DNA of 64,000 nucleotides from an uncultured bacterium (GTDB lineage Bacteria > Desulfobacterota_D > UBA1144 > Nemesobacterales > UBA2774): NCBI GenBank assembly GCA_963825135.1, contig CAWGRW010000009.1, forward strand, positions 1,952,001 through 2,016,000. The letters are read 5' to 3'. This document shows positions 1-11,049 of this stretch, one piece after another. Below the pieces are notes generated by a model. That model did no database searches and was not told the origin of the DNA. It saw only the letters and a list, made by a program, of their open reading frames with translations. The stretch's first letter is position 1. Every line of letters starts with the position of its first letter. The translations under genes were made by a program, and so were the position numbers.

Positions 1-92
1 TCGGATATTTCCAGCTTATACCCTTCCATATGACCGACAAGCAGGTGGTTCATCCACGCCTGTATGACCTTCTCTATGGCTTCCTTCTTCAT
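1..92 (-). CDS. Hypothetical protein, N-terminal fragment running off the window edge (MKKEAIEKVIQAWMNHLLVGHMEGYKLEIS...)
   Basis: ATG at 92 on the minus strand, open frame to position 1, weak AGGT upstream. Too short to assign a family. Confidence 0.5.
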   Translation of the reverse strand, partial: MKKEAIEKVIQAWMNHLLVGHMEGYKLEIS

Positions 93-213
93 AACAATAA
101 CCTAACTACAATTCGTCTTCGCTTCAAGTATTCCGGGATGATTGAATATACGGCCGGTCCGGTTCGGCTTAAATAATGGCCGATGGCGGCCGGCAAGGGG
201 GCAGGATGTCTGA

Positions 214-627
214 TCAGCCCTTTCTATCATGCAGGAGCTTGCTCGCGACGATAATGTTGTCCCTGCCCGCGGCCTCGGCTATCTTGACGGCTTCGCCGAG
301 ATTGACCTTGTCCGAAAGCGTGGCGAGCTTAAGGAGCATGGGCAGATTGACCCCTGAAATCACCTCCACGTTGTTTTCTTCCAGAAACGTAAGGCTGATA
401 TTGGACGGGGTCCCTCCGAACATGTCCGTGACGAGAAGTATGCCGTCTTTCCCCTTCACCTTCTTTATTGCGTTTTTGATTTCCTGCTTGAAGGTTTCGA
501 ATTCCCTGTCCGGGTGAAGGCAGACCCCTTCCATTTTCACCGGGGGGTTCGATGAGAGTACGAAATTCACAGCTGATATAAGCTCTTTAGCCAGCTCTCC
601 GTGGGTTACTACTACAATACCGACCAT
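214..627 (-). CDS. PTS EIIA component, mannose/fructose family
   Basis: GIVVVTHG (phospho-His), LLVTDMFGGTPSN and VISGVNLPML motifs; follows rapZ. Confidence 0.92.
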   Translation of the reverse strand: MVGIVVVTHGELAKELISAVNFVLSSNPPVKMEGVCLHPDREFETFKQEIKNAIKKVKGKDGILLVTDMFGGTPSNISLTFLEENNVEVISGVNLPMLLKLATLSDKVNLGEAVKIAEAAGRDNIIVASKLLHDRKG

Positions 628-640
628 CCCGATAATCTCC

Positions 641-1492
641 TTAGCTCTTTGATATGTCCCTGTGTATCGTAACGGGGGATAGGTGTTTGAAATGTTCGGA
701 CAATTTCGCGGTTATGACGACCGACCTGTGCTTCCCCCCCGTACACCCTACGGCGATCGTAAGATACGATTTCCCCTCCTTCTCATACCTCGGTAAAAGG
801 AATTCGAGGAATTCGGTAAGTTTTTTCAGATACTCTTTCGTATCCTCTTTGCTCATCACGAATTCAACGATCTCGTCGTCGAGGCCGTTTAGCTCCTTAA
901 GCTCTTCTACGAAAAAGGGGTTCGGCAGGAATCTGACGTCGAAAACCATGTCGGCGTCATAAGGGTATCCGTGTTTATATCCGAAGGACAGGATGTTGAT
1001 GCTTAAATTCCGGGAATTCGATCTGTCGAATTTATTCTTGATAATCTCCTTAAGCTCGTGCACGTTGAAGTCGGTAGTGTCTATATTATAGCTTGAGAGA
1101 TCCTTAAGGTCTTTCAGCATTTCCCTTTCTCTTGAGATCCCCTCTATGATATTCCCGTTGATCGACAGAGGGTGCTTCCTGCGGGTTTCTTTGTATCTTT
1201 TGATGATCGCGGCGTCGGAAGAATCGAGGAAGATAAGGTCGATCGGATGACCCTTCTCTCTTAGGTCTTTAATTACCTCCGGGGCCCCTTTAAAAAAAAG
1301 GCCTTCGCGAATATCGACGGCAAGGGCGATTTTGTTTATGTCTCCCTGAGAGTTTTCACAAATCTCGATAAATTTCGGGAGCAGGGTCATGGGGAGGTTA
1401 TCCACACAGTAATAACCCAGGTCTTCGAGAACGTTCATCGCGGTGCTTTTTCCGGAACCCGATACGCCGCTTATTATAACCAGGTTAGTCAT
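641..1492 (-). CDS. rapZ: RNase adapter RapZ/YvcJ P-loop protein
   Basis: ISGVSGSGKS, YCVDNLP, SFGYKHG, DVRFLPNP, GCTGGKHRSV. Confidence 0.96.
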   Translation of the reverse strand: MTNLVIISGVSGSGKSTAMNVLEDLGYYCVDNLPMTLLPKFIEICENSQGDINKIALAVDIREGLFFKGAPEVIKDLREKGHPIDLIFLDSSDAAIIKRYKETRRKHPLSINGNIIEGISREREMLKDLKDLSSYNIDTTDFNVHELKEIIKNKFDRSNSRNLSINILSFGYKHGYPYDADMVFDVRFLPNPFFVEELKELNGLDDEIVEFVMSKEDTKEYLKKLTEFLEFLLPRYEKEGKSYLTIAVGCTGGKHRSVVITAKLSEHFKHLSPVTIHRDISKS

Positions 1493-1525
1493 ATAAGTCC
1501 TTGTCGGCGGCGTTAGAATATTCGA

Positions 1526-2449
1526 TCAAATATTAAAATTATGCGGCGAATAGACACCGCTCATTTTCAGTAATTGATTCCGCGCCGCTACTTCAATTAT
1601 GGTAGACGTATTCCTGCCGGTGCTTACGGGGATGATTACATGCGGGAGCTGCACACCGAGGATATTGTAATTTCTGGTTTCGATCCCGAGTCTGTCATAT
1701 TCCGTTTCCGGATCCCACTGAACGAGCTCAATAACCATGTCGATTTCTCTCTTATCCATTACCGATGTCGTCCCGAACAGGTCTTTGATATTAATTATAC
1801 CCACCCCTCTGACTTCCATGAGGTGTTTTATGCGCTCGGGCCCGTTCCCTACCAGCCTCGATGCCCCGACTTTCCTTATTTCTACTATGTCGTCAGAAAT
1901 GAGTTTAGAACCTCTGTTTATTAAGTCAAGAGCGCATTCGCTTTTGCCGATACCGCTCTTTCCGAGTATCAAAACACCCAGGCTGTGTATGTCCATGAGC
2001 ACCCCGTGGACCGTAGCAAACGGGGCGAGCCTTACCTCCAGAATTTCCTGGAGGAGAGAGATGAGCTTCCCTGTGTATAGTTTGGTCGTGAAAAGCGGGA
2101 TGTCCCTCTTATTGCAGGCCGCCTTAAGTGTCTCGTCGGGGTTGAGTTCTTTCGAGATAATGAAGCAGGGGACGTCCTGAAACGAGAGGCTTTCTGTTAC
2201 GCTCTCTTTTTCGCCCCCCCTAAGTCTGTCGAAATAAGCTATCTCGGTCTTGCCGAGTATCTGGATGGTTCCCTCCTCCAGCCTTAAATCCGGGTCCAGC
2301 AGCTTAAGGCCCGGCTTCTGGATCCTGTCCGAGGATATTTCCCGCGAAAGCCCCTTTCTGCCCGCTATCAGCTCTATCTGGAGCTCTTCGCTCCAGGTCT
2401 TAAATAGTTCTTCGACTCGGAGGGTGTTCACGTTATCAGAGTTTCGCAT
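1526..2449 (-). CDS. hprK: HPr(Ser) kinase/phosphorylase
   Basis: HGVLMDI, GKSGIGKSECAL Walker A, LISDD, EVRGVGII. Confidence 0.96.
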   Translation of the reverse strand: MRNSDNVNTLRVEELFKTWSEELQIELIAGRKGLSREISSDRIQKPGLKLLDPDLRLEEGTIQILGKTEIAYFDRLRGGEKESVTESLSFQDVPCFIISKELNPDETLKAACNKRDIPLFTTKLYTGKLISLLQEILEVRLAPFATVHGVLMDIHSLGVLILGKSGIGKSECALDLINRGSKLISDDIVEIRKVGASRLVGNGPERIKHLMEVRGVGIINIKDLFGTTSVMDKREIDMVIELVQWDPETEYDRLGIETRNYNILGVQLPHVIIPVSTGRNTSTIIEVAARNQLLKMSGVYSPHNFNI

Positions 2450-2897
2450 CTTCCGTTATTATGGAATCGTATAATTCGTCCTGGGTTTCGAGGGTCATTA
2501 ATTTCGCGCGCAGGTCGGGATTCTTAAATATCTTTGATATCCTCGCAAGGAGCTGGATATGAGAGCCGATGGAGCTCTCGGGCGCGACAATGATAATAAA
2601 CAGGTGGGTCAGTTTGGCGTCGAGCGAGTCAAAGTCTATCCCTTCGACACTCCTGCCGAACCCGGCGATAATGCCGGATATGCCGCTCATCTTGGCGTGG
2701 GGTATAGCGACCCCCGAATCGACCGCCGTGCTGCAGAGCCTCTCCCTTTCCAGCAGCACTTCTATGAGCTTTTCGTCATTTATGTTCGGATACGCCGAGG
2801 ATAGATTTTCGGCAAGCTCCCTGATTACTTCTGGCTTCGATCTGGATTGCAGGTTGGAGATAACTGTTTTGCGTTCGAGCACATCTGAAATTTTCAT
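2436..2897 (-). CDS. ptsN: PTS EIIA(Ntr)-type protein
   Basis: ERERLCSTAVDSGVAIPHAK, GIDFDSLD, HIQLLARIS; rpoN operon context. Confidence 0.9.
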   Translation of the reverse strand: MKISDVLERKTVISNLQSRSKPEVIRELAENLSSAYPNINDEKLIEVLLERERLCSTAVDSGVAIPHAKMSGISGIIAGFGRSVEGIDFDSLDAKLTHLFIIIVAPESSIGSHIQLLARISKIFKNPDLRAKLMTLETQDELYDSIITEDAKL

Positions 2898-2905
2898 TGC
2901 GCCGC

Positions 2906-3457
2906 TTAGGGTTCAATTAAAGTGATTTGTCCTCTGTTGTCGACATAAAGAACGTTCATATTGTCGCTGGCGCTGTTTCGGAAAGTCACGAAGTTTGCGT
3001 CCGAGACCCGGAGCTGTAACGTAGCCTCTTCAACGGTCATCGGCTTTGGCGGCAGTTTCTGTATCCTGATATTGGTCAGTCTGCCGAAGCTGCCTTCCGA
3101 TAGGGATTCCGTTTGCGCGATTACATCTTTATTCTTTGCGCCGATCCTTCGCTTGGCCTTTACCTTTTTATCGGATTCTTTCTTCAGCTGGTTGATGATT
3201 ATATCTATGGCGCTGTCGATAGCCGTGTACATGTCCGTTGTTTCAAATGAGCTCGTCGCTTTCAGGTTCCTGCTGCTGATCGATATCTCCGCCGTATCCC
3301 TGAACTTTTCGGTCGACAGGACGAACTGCACGTCACAGGTGTCGACGCCTGACTTGAGGTACTTCTCCATCCTTTTCGATTTCTTTATTGCGTAGGATTT
3401 CAGTTTTTCGGGGTCACGGTTATTGTTTATATGTCTCGTGGTTACTCTTACTTTCAT
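2906..3457 (-). CDS. hpf: Ribosome hibernation promoting factor, long form
   Basis: Start at ATG 3457 (MKVRVTTRH); DMYTAID and QLKK; C-terminal KPMTVEEA..FVTFRN..NVLY domain; directly after rpoN. Confidence 0.9.
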   Translation of the reverse strand: MKVRVTTRHINNNRDPEKLKSYAIKKSKRMEKYLKSGVDTCDVQFVLSTEKFRDTAEISISSRNLKATSSFETTDMYTAIDSAIDIIINQLKKESDKKVKAKRRIGAKNKDVIAQTESLSEGSFGRLTNIRIQKLPPKPMTVEEATLQLRVSDANFVTFRNSASDNMNVLYVDNRGQITLIEP

Positions 3458-5000
3458 TTTTCTTTTTACCTTTTTGTGCTGCCCTTGCGGAAGAAGATGG
3501 TATTTTAAGGGTTTTTCTGTATTTTGCAACAGTCCTTCTCGCTACGATAACATTTCTCCTTTCGAGTATCTTGGAGATGTCCTCATCCGAATAAGGGCTC
3601 TCTGGAAGCTCTTCCGCCACTATTTCCTTTATCATGGACTTTACCCTTTCGAAAGAGACTTCCTTGCCGTGCGAGGTCTCGATCTTTCTCGAAAAAAGAG
3701 ATTTAAGCTCGATAATCCCCTGCGGTGTCTGGATGTATCTCCTGCTGGTAATACGGCTCACCGTGGACTCATGGACGCCGACCGCCTGGGCCACGTCTTT
3801 CAGTATGAGGGGTTTGATATAATCCGCGCCGTGCTCGAAAAAATCCCTCTGAACGTCGACTATCTTGGCTATGATCTTCTTTACCGCGGCTTCGCGCTCG
3901 TCGAGGCATTTCATTATCCTCTGCGCCGCTTCGATCTTCTCTTTGAGGAACAGCTTTGCATCTGGCGGAAGACTTTTCTCTTTCTTGAGAAGGTTTCTGT
4001 AATAATTGCTGATTCTGACCTTGGGGAAATCCCGGTTTAGCTGAACCTGGAGCTCGTTTCCCACTTTATACACGTAAAAATCGGGAACCACATATTTTTC
4101 CGGGTCCTTTTCGTAATACGGTCTCCCCGGCTTCGGCTCGAGCGTGGATATTACCATTAACGCTTCCTTGACCTCATCGGCGGAACAGTCGAGGCCCTCG
4201 GCGATCTCGAACAAATCCTTCCCGTCTATATCTTCGAGATGGTGCTCGATAATCTTGCATACGACGCATTCCTCTGTGTACCCGAGGTCGAGGGCCTGGA
4301 TCTTGAGGCATTCCCTGAGGTCCCTCGAGCACGCCCCCGTGGGGTCGAAGGTCGTTTGAATTTTCTTTAGAACATTCGTAATTTTATCCTTGAGTTCCTG
4401 GTCGGGTTCGAGGGACTCGGCGTTAACACGTATGTCGACCGGCGCGAACGGGATGTCTTCATCGGCGTCTGTCTGCTCGGCGACATCCGCCTGCTCGACG
4501 GGACCGTTAAGATATAGCCTCCCTATTTCCTCCACTCCGATATCGAGGTATCCGTCCTCGTTCGTATTCCCGATGATGACGGATCCAATCTGTTTTTCTT
4601 CTGCGGTAAAGTCGGAGACCTCGAGCTGCCAGGTGAGGTGCTCCGTAAGCGAGTCGGGCGTGCTTATTCTGTTCTCCCAGGCTCCCTCCTCCTCTCCGTC
4701 GTCCATGTATTGCCTCGAAGAATAATGGGGCATATCGCTGTTTTCATTCCCGAACAACCTGCTGTCGCCGGTCATGCTGTAGTCGATACCCGCTTCCTCG
4801 GAGCCGTTTTCGCTTTTCTCTTTCGTTTCCTCTGTTTCTTCGAGCGTGGGGTTTTCTATAAGCTGCTCTTCGAGGTAGTCCTTGAGCTCTAAAGTCGTCA
4901 TCTGTATGAGCTTGAGAAATAGCTGAAGCTCCTGGGTCAATATGAGGCGCTGCTGGAGGACCTGCCTCTGCGATGTGGTTTGGCTTAGATTCGTGCTCAT
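3420..5000 (-). CDS. rpoN: RNA polymerase sigma-54 factor
   Basis: Gln/Leu-rich region I, HESTVSR helix-turn-helix, RpoN box ARRTVAKYR. Confidence 0.97.
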   Translation of the reverse strand: MSTNLSQTTSQRQVLQQRLILTQELQLFLKLIQMTTLELKDYLEEQLIENPTLEETEETKEKSENGSEEAGIDYSMTGDSRLFGNENSDMPHYSSRQYMDDGEEEGAWENRISTPDSLTEHLTWQLEVSDFTAEEKQIGSVIIGNTNEDGYLDIGVEEIGRLYLNGPVEQADVAEQTDADEDIPFAPVDIRVNAESLEPDQELKDKITNVLKKIQTTFDPTGACSRDLRECLKIQALDLGYTEECVVCKIIEHHLEDIDGKDLFEIAEGLDCSADEVKEALMVISTLEPKPGRPYYEKDPEKYVVPDFYVYKVGNELQVQLNRDFPKVRISNYYRNLLKKEKSLPPDAKLFLKEKIEAAQRIMKCLDEREAAVKKIIAKIVDVQRDFFEHGADYIKPLILKDVAQAVGVHESTVSRITSRRYIQTPQGIIELKSLFSRKIETSHGKEVSFERVKSMIKEIVAEELPESPYSDEDISKILERRNVIVARRTVAKYRKTLKIPSSSARAAQKGKKKNESKSNHETYKQ

Positions 5001-5034
5001 AACTGGTTCTTGTACTTAAGAGTAAAAATCCCCG

Positions 5035-5049
5035 TCAAATTTCATGCCA
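5035..5049 (-). promoter_or_regulatory. Sigma54-like -24/-12 element (TGGCATGAAATTTGA) in the rpoN leader
   Basis: Matches TGGCAC-N5-TTGC spacing, with GA in place of GC at -12. Confidence 0.55.
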
Positions 5050-5058
5050 TCTTATTAT

Positions 5059-5087
5059 ATTCTACAATCTTATAACCTGTTTGTCTA
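5059..5087 (-). promoter_or_regulatory. Putative sigma70 promoter of rpoN (TAGACA-17-TAGAAT)
   Basis: Near-consensus hexamers at 17-nt spacing; an overlapping TATAAT lies at 5054-5059. Confidence 0.55.
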
Positions 5088-5206
5088 AAATACCAGTGAT
5101 TTTTACGAACCCGCTTCGGAGGAAAGCACATTTCCTGCCCTATGGGCACTGGGCGAGACCTCCGGATGGTATAATTTAATGAGAGATTATCAAGAGGTTG
5201 CCGGGA

Positions 5207-5431
5207 ATGGAATTTCAGGGTTTTGGAAAACTGATAATTATTCTGGGGATATCGCTCGTGGCCGTCGGCTTGCTGATAACATTCGCCCCGAAGATACCAT
5301 TAATCGGCAAGCTGCCCGGGGATTTTTATTTTAAACGCGGAAACGCGTCTTTCTATTTCCCCCTCGCCTCGTCGATTCTGATCAGCCTGATACTCTCGAT
5401 TGTCCTCAGCATAATCTTTCGGGGCAAGTAG
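5207..5431 (+). CDS. DUF2905-family small membrane protein
   Basis: Two hydrophobic segments around GKLPGDF and FYFPLASSILIS; extended -10 TGGTATAAT upstream. Confidence 0.85.
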   Translation: MEFQGFGKLIIILGISLVAVGLLITFAPKIPLIGKLPGDFYFKRGNASFYFPLASSILISLILSIVLSIIFRGK

Positions 5432-5442
5432 AGGGCTCATGC

Positions 5443-6066
5443 TTATCGGGCTTGAGCCGGTATCGCCCATTTCCTCTCTTTCGACGCCGCCGTCTCATAC
5501 ATCGTTATCTTGTCTTCTTTCTTGAGGGTAAGCGTGATGTCGTCGAGGCCTTCGAGAAGGGTCTTTTTCTTAAAGGGGTCTATGTCGAACGTAGCATTCC
5601 ACCCGTCTTCACCCTCGATGCCCTGAGATTCGAGATCGACTTTGAGCCTGTAACCCTTCTTCGAGTTCACCCTGGCGAACAGGTCCTTTACCAGATCTTC
5701 TCGAAGGACGATCGGAAGTATCGCGTTCTTAAAACAGTTGTTGTAGAAGATATCGGCGAAGGAAGGGGCGATGATTACCTGAAACCCGTATTCCCCGAGC
5801 GCCCACGGGGCGTGCTCGCGGGAGCTGCCGCTTCCGAAGTTCTGTCCGGCCAGGAGAATATTCGCACCCTTCAGGTGCTCCTTGTTAAGCTCGAACTCCG
5901 GGTTTAGCGTGCCGTCCTCGTTATACCTCCAGTCAAAAAATAGAAACTCTCCGAAACCCGTCCTTTCTATCCTCTTTAAAAACTGCTTCGGTATTATCTG
6001 GTCCGTATCGACGTTCATCCTGTCGAGGGGCGCTACGACCCCTGTTACCTGTTTAAGCGGTTCCAT
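5443..6066 (-). CDS. leuD: 3-isopropylmalate dehydratase small subunit
   Basis: NVDTDQIIPKQFL, NFGSGSSREHAPWAL, SFADIFYNN. Confidence 0.97.
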   Translation of the reverse strand: MEPLKQVTGVVAPLDRMNVDTDQIIPKQFLKRIERTGFGEFLFFDWRYNEDGTLNPEFELNKEHLKGANILLAGQNFGSGSSREHAPWALGEYGFQVIIAPSFADIFYNNCFKNAILPIVLREDLVKDLFARVNSKKGYRLKVDLESQGIEGEDGWNATFDIDPFKKKTLLEGLDDITLTLKKEDKITMYETAASKERKWAIPAQAR

Positions 6067-6078
6067 GGTCAATCCTCT

Positions 6079-7503
6079 TTATATCTCTTTTTGTAAATCC
6101 CAGTCCCTGACGTCTACAAAATGGCCTTCTATCGCCGCCGCCGCGGCCATTATCGGGCTTACCAGGTGCGTCCTGCCCCCTTTGCCCTGGCGTCCCTCGA
6201 AGTTCCTGTTGGAGGTGCTCGCGCACCTCTCCCCGGGCTCCAGTATGTCGGGGTTCATGCCGAGACACATGCTGCATCCCGATTCCCTCCATTCGAATCC
6301 GGCCTCCTTGAATATCCTGTCGAGGCCTATCTTTTCAGCCTGGTGTTTTACGAGCTGAGAGCCGGGTACCACCATGGCCCTGACTGTAGGCGCGACTTTT
6401 CTGCCCTTCACTATCCTTGCCGCCTCGGTCAGGTCCTGTATCCTCGAATTAGTGCAGGAGCCTATGAAGACCCTGTCGACCTTTATGTCCCGTATCGGGG
6501 TTTTCGGCCTGAGCCCCATGTATTCGAGAGCGCTCTGGGTCGCCTTCCGGTTGTTCTCGTCGTCCATGGCGTTCGGGTCGGGCACCATGCCTGTAATATC
6601 CGTAACCATGCCGGGGTTCGTGCCCCAGCTCACCTGGGGGGCCATTTGAGACGCGTCGAGCGTGATTGATTTATCGAACGTCGCCCCCTCATCCGTCCTG
6701 AGCGTCTTCCATTCGGCGACGGCCTCGTCGAACACTTTCCCTTTCGGGGCGTATCTCCTCCCTCTTATATATTCGAACGTCTTTTCATCGGGGGCTATCA
6801 TCCCGGCCCGTGCCCCGGCTTCGATCGACATATTGCATATCGTCATCCGCTCTTCCATCGTGAGAGCCTCGATTGCGGGGCCGCGGTATTCCACAACGGT
6901 CCCGGTCGCCCCGGCCGTGCCTATACGTCCTATTATGCTGAGAATAATATCCTTGGCGGTTACGCCGTATCCGCGCGCCCCTTCCACCCTGACCTCGAAT
7001 TCTTCGGGCAGGGTCTGCCGGAGACACTGCGTCGCGAGTACGTGCTCGACCTCGCTTGTGCCGATTCCGAAGGCAAGCGCTCCGAAAGCGCCGTGAGTGG
7101 AGGTGTGGCTGTCCCCGCATACTATCGTCAGTCCGGGTTTAGTCAGTCCAAGCTCCGGTCCTATTACGTGTACGATTCCCTGCATATCGCTGTTAATGTT
7201 GAGACCGAATAGCGTAATGCCGAATTCCTCGCAGTTCTTCCTCAGCACCTCTATCTGCTGGGCCGATATGGGGTCCTCTATGGGCAGGGCCCTGTTCGTG
7301 GTCGGTACGTTGTGGTCCATCGTGGCGAAAGTGAGGTCGGGCCTTCTTGCCCCTCGACCCGAGAGCCTCAATCCTTCAAACGCCTGCGGGGAAGTTACCT
7401 CGTGAACGAGATGGAGGTCTATGTAAATAAGAGTCGGTTTCCCCGGTTCTTCGTCCACCACATGAGCTTCCCATATCTTTTTAAATAGTGTTTTTTTAGA
7501 CAT
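6079..7503 (-). CDS. leuC: 3-isopropylmalate dehydratase large subunit
   Basis: [44 protein letters not shown]; start taken at ATG 7503. Confidence 0.98.
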   Translation of the reverse strand: MSKKTLFKKIWEAHVVDEEPGKPTLIYIDLHLVHEVTSPQAFEGLRLSGRGARRPDLTFATMDHNVPTTNRALPIEDPISAQQIEVLRKNCEEFGITLFGLNINSDMQGIVHVIGPELGLTKPGLTIVCGDSHTSTHGAFGALAFGIGTSEVEHVLATQCLRQTLPEEFEVRVEGARGYGVTAKDIILSIIGRIGTAGATGTVVEYRGPAIEALTMEERMTICNMSIEAGARAGMIAPDEKTFEYIRGRRYAPKGKVFDEAVAEWKTLRTDEGATFDKSITLDASQMAPQVSWGTNPGMVTDITGMVPDPNAMDDENNRKATQSALEYMGLRPKTPIRDIKVDRVFIGSCTNSRIQDLTEAARIVKGRKVAPTVRAMVVPGSQLVKHQAEKIGLDRIFKEAGFEWRESGCSMCLGMNPDILEPGERCASTSNRNFEGRQGKGGRTHLVSPIMAAAAAIEGHFVDVRDWDLQKEI

Positions 7504-7657
7504 GCCTTTTCCCTTTATCACCTTGTCTTCAGAGCTAAATTATACATAATAAAAAGTACTTATACAGGTTACTTCGCTGTGACACCTCAGCTCGATAGTT
7601 GAAATATAAGCACTAACTCCCTTTAATCAATAAGGGTTTGTCCGAGGAAATGCCCGC

Positions 7658-8971
<1,314 letters not shown>

Positions 8972-9152
8972 TTACCATAGGAGTCGTTGGCTATCAAATC
9001 GGGGTATATTATCGGTTATTATTACAATGGCCGCGGAATCCGGCGTAGGGGCGGTGCGGCGGGTTATGCGGTTTGTTGATTTTTATTGGAAATACAGTTT
9101 AAGTTCGGTAATATCTTGTTTTTAAAAAATAATTATCCAAGGGAAAGACCTC

Positions 9153-11021
9153 ATGAAATTTGGCAGGAAATTGAAATCGATATATATCTTTGCATGTATT
9201 TCCATATTTGCGCTAGTCGTTTCTTGCGCCGTCGGCGACAGCAGCACCCCCGGAACTATAAGCGACCTTACGGCCGATTTAATTACGAGACTCCTCAACT
9301 GGACGGCTCCGGGCGACAACGGAAACAGCGGGACGGTGACGATTTACTTCCCCAGGTACCTCGATGACGGACAGGTGGCCGAAATACTGGGCGTCCCCAA
9401 TCTGGACGGCGTGCCTTTTTCCGAAATCCAGGACGCGGTCATAGACAATTTTAAAGACGCTACGCAGATACCGGACTTCGAGGCTCCCCTGCCCGCGGGC
9501 AGTGCCGAGAGTTTCCTCACTCCGAGACTCGATATCACGGGAGCCACGAGATACTTTTATTCCATACGCAGCAACGATGAGACCGGACATTCATCCAATC
9601 CCTCAAACGTGGCCGAGCTTACAACCCCCCTCCGGAAAGTCAGATATGTGAGCGGCGCGGCAGGCAGCTGTATAGGGAGATCGGTCGCGGCTGGCAATTA
9701 TAACGGCGACGAGATAACACAGAATATATGCATCGTCGAAAACGATCAGGACCAGTGCAGCGGCGGCGGTCTGAATATCGGTATTAACGATATCGCGGTC
9801 GGCGACCCGTGCCTGGGAATGGTATATATATTTTACGGCGGGAACGACCTTACGAATAACGGAAGCACGACGATAGACGTCGCTGACGCCGATGTGACGA
9901 TCATAGGCAACGCGTCGGACGGTTTCGGCGCCTCTTTAGCCACGAGCAATGATTCCGGAGGGGACAAAAAGGCGCAGGAGCTCATTATCGGAGCGCCTGA
10001 ATTTAACGGCGGCACAGGAAAGGTGTACGTCGTTTTCGGGAGCGAACAGCTTCCGTCGGTGATAGATCTCGTAAGCGGCACCGAAGAGCATGTCGAGATA
10101 GTCGGGGAGAACCCCGGGGATAACTTCGGATACACCGTCGCACAGGGCAGCGGCGTGACGAACGGCAAGGGTGTGTTCATAGTGGGCGCTCCGTTTTACA
10201 GCTCGGAGACCGGCAGGGCCTACGTTTTCAAGGGTGGCGACCTGGACACGAAAGCCGTAGTTTCGGCGACAAACGCGAAAGCCATCTTTACGGGACAGGA
10301 GACGGGAGGTCAATTCGGTTTCGATATCTCGCTTGTCGGGCATATCGACAGCGGCGGCACCAATGATTTCGGGGTCGGCGCCCCCGGGATCGGAAGGGCA
10401 TATGTAATACTCGGGAACAACGACCTTAAGGGGAAAGACCTCGCCACCGACACAACGAATGTCCTCGTCATCGAGGGGAGTGCGGACGACGGCTTCGGTA
10501 TGAGCATTTCCGGGGACGGGGATATAGACGAGGACGGGCAGGGCACGGATGACGTCATAATAGGCGCCCCAGGAACAAACAGCGATACCGGCTCCGTGTT
10601 CCTTTATTCGGGCGAGGATTTAAAGACCGCGCTTAAGGACGGCACTCCGCCGGTTGTGGAGACGGAGTTTACCGGGCTCAACCCCGGGGACCTGTTCGGT
10701 ACGTCGATAAGCGTGTTCCCTTTCCTTACGCCCGGGCTGCTGGCGAAGCAGAGGGACACGGCCATAGTGCTCCAATTCCAGGTGAGCAACGCCGACTTCG
10801 GAGTGGGAGCGCCGGGTGTGCCGGACGGAGCGGTCTATGTGTTTTTCGGGCAGGATAATTTCCCGGCTCAGGTTCCGGCGGGCGATGCCGATCTCACTCG
10901 CGTCGGGAAGGCGGGTGACTCCGACTTCGGAAGCGTTGTCGAGGGGCTCGAGGACGTAAACGGCGACGAGGAAGACGATTTCGCCGTGGGCGGCAGCGGA
11001 TTTATGAATGTCTTTTATTAA
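9153..11021 (+). CDS. Putative lipoprotein with an N-terminal FN3-like segment and FG-GAP (integrin-alpha-like) repeats
   Basis: Lipobox-like VVSC; WTAPGD...YFYSIRS..ETGHSSNPSN; repeated FG...IIGAP...G.VY units with DxDxDG Ca-binding loops. Confidence 0.8.
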   Translation: MKFGRKLKSIYIFACISIFALVVSCAVGDSSTPGTISDLTADLITRLLNWTAPGDNGNSGTVTIYFPRYLDDGQVAEILGVPNLDGVPFSEIQDAVIDNFKDATQIPDFEAPLPAGSAESFLTPRLDITGATRYFYSIRSNDETGHSSNPSNVAELTTPLRKVRYVSGAAGSCIGRSVAAGNYNGDEITQNICIVENDQDQCSGGGLNIGINDIAVGDPCLGMVYIFYGGNDLTNNGSTTIDVADADVTIIGNASDGFGASLATSNDSGGDKKAQELIIGAPEFNGGTGKVYVVFGSEQLPSVIDLVSGTEEHVEIVGENPGDNFGYTVAQGSGVTNGKGVFIVGAPFYSSETGRAYVFKGGDLDTKAVVSATNAKAIFTGQETGGQFGFDISLVGHIDSGGTNDFGVGAPGIGRAYVILGNNDLKGKDLATDTTNVLVIEGSADDGFGMSISGDGDIDEDGQGTDDVIIGAPGTNSDTGSVFLYSGEDLKTALKDGTPPVVETEFTGLNPGDLFGTSISVFPFLTPGLLAKQRDTAIVLQFQVSNADFGVGAPGVPDGAVYVFFGQDNFPAQVPAGDADLTRVGKAGDSDFGSVVEGLEDVNGDEEDDFAVGGSGFMNVFY

Positions 11022-11049
11022 TCGCCCGGAGCGGAATCCCGGGGATTTG

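Noticed and set aside
93..213. Expected ptsH (HPr) after the EIIA gene
   Set aside because: No HPr motif in the spacer or in the edge ORF. Absence from this window says nothing about the genome.
3420..3457. 38-nt rpoN/hpf overlap across A-runs, suggesting a frameshift or RpoN-HPF fusion
   Set aside because: Both genes are complete as written. A natural overlap or a one-base error explains it, and nothing supports programmed shifting.
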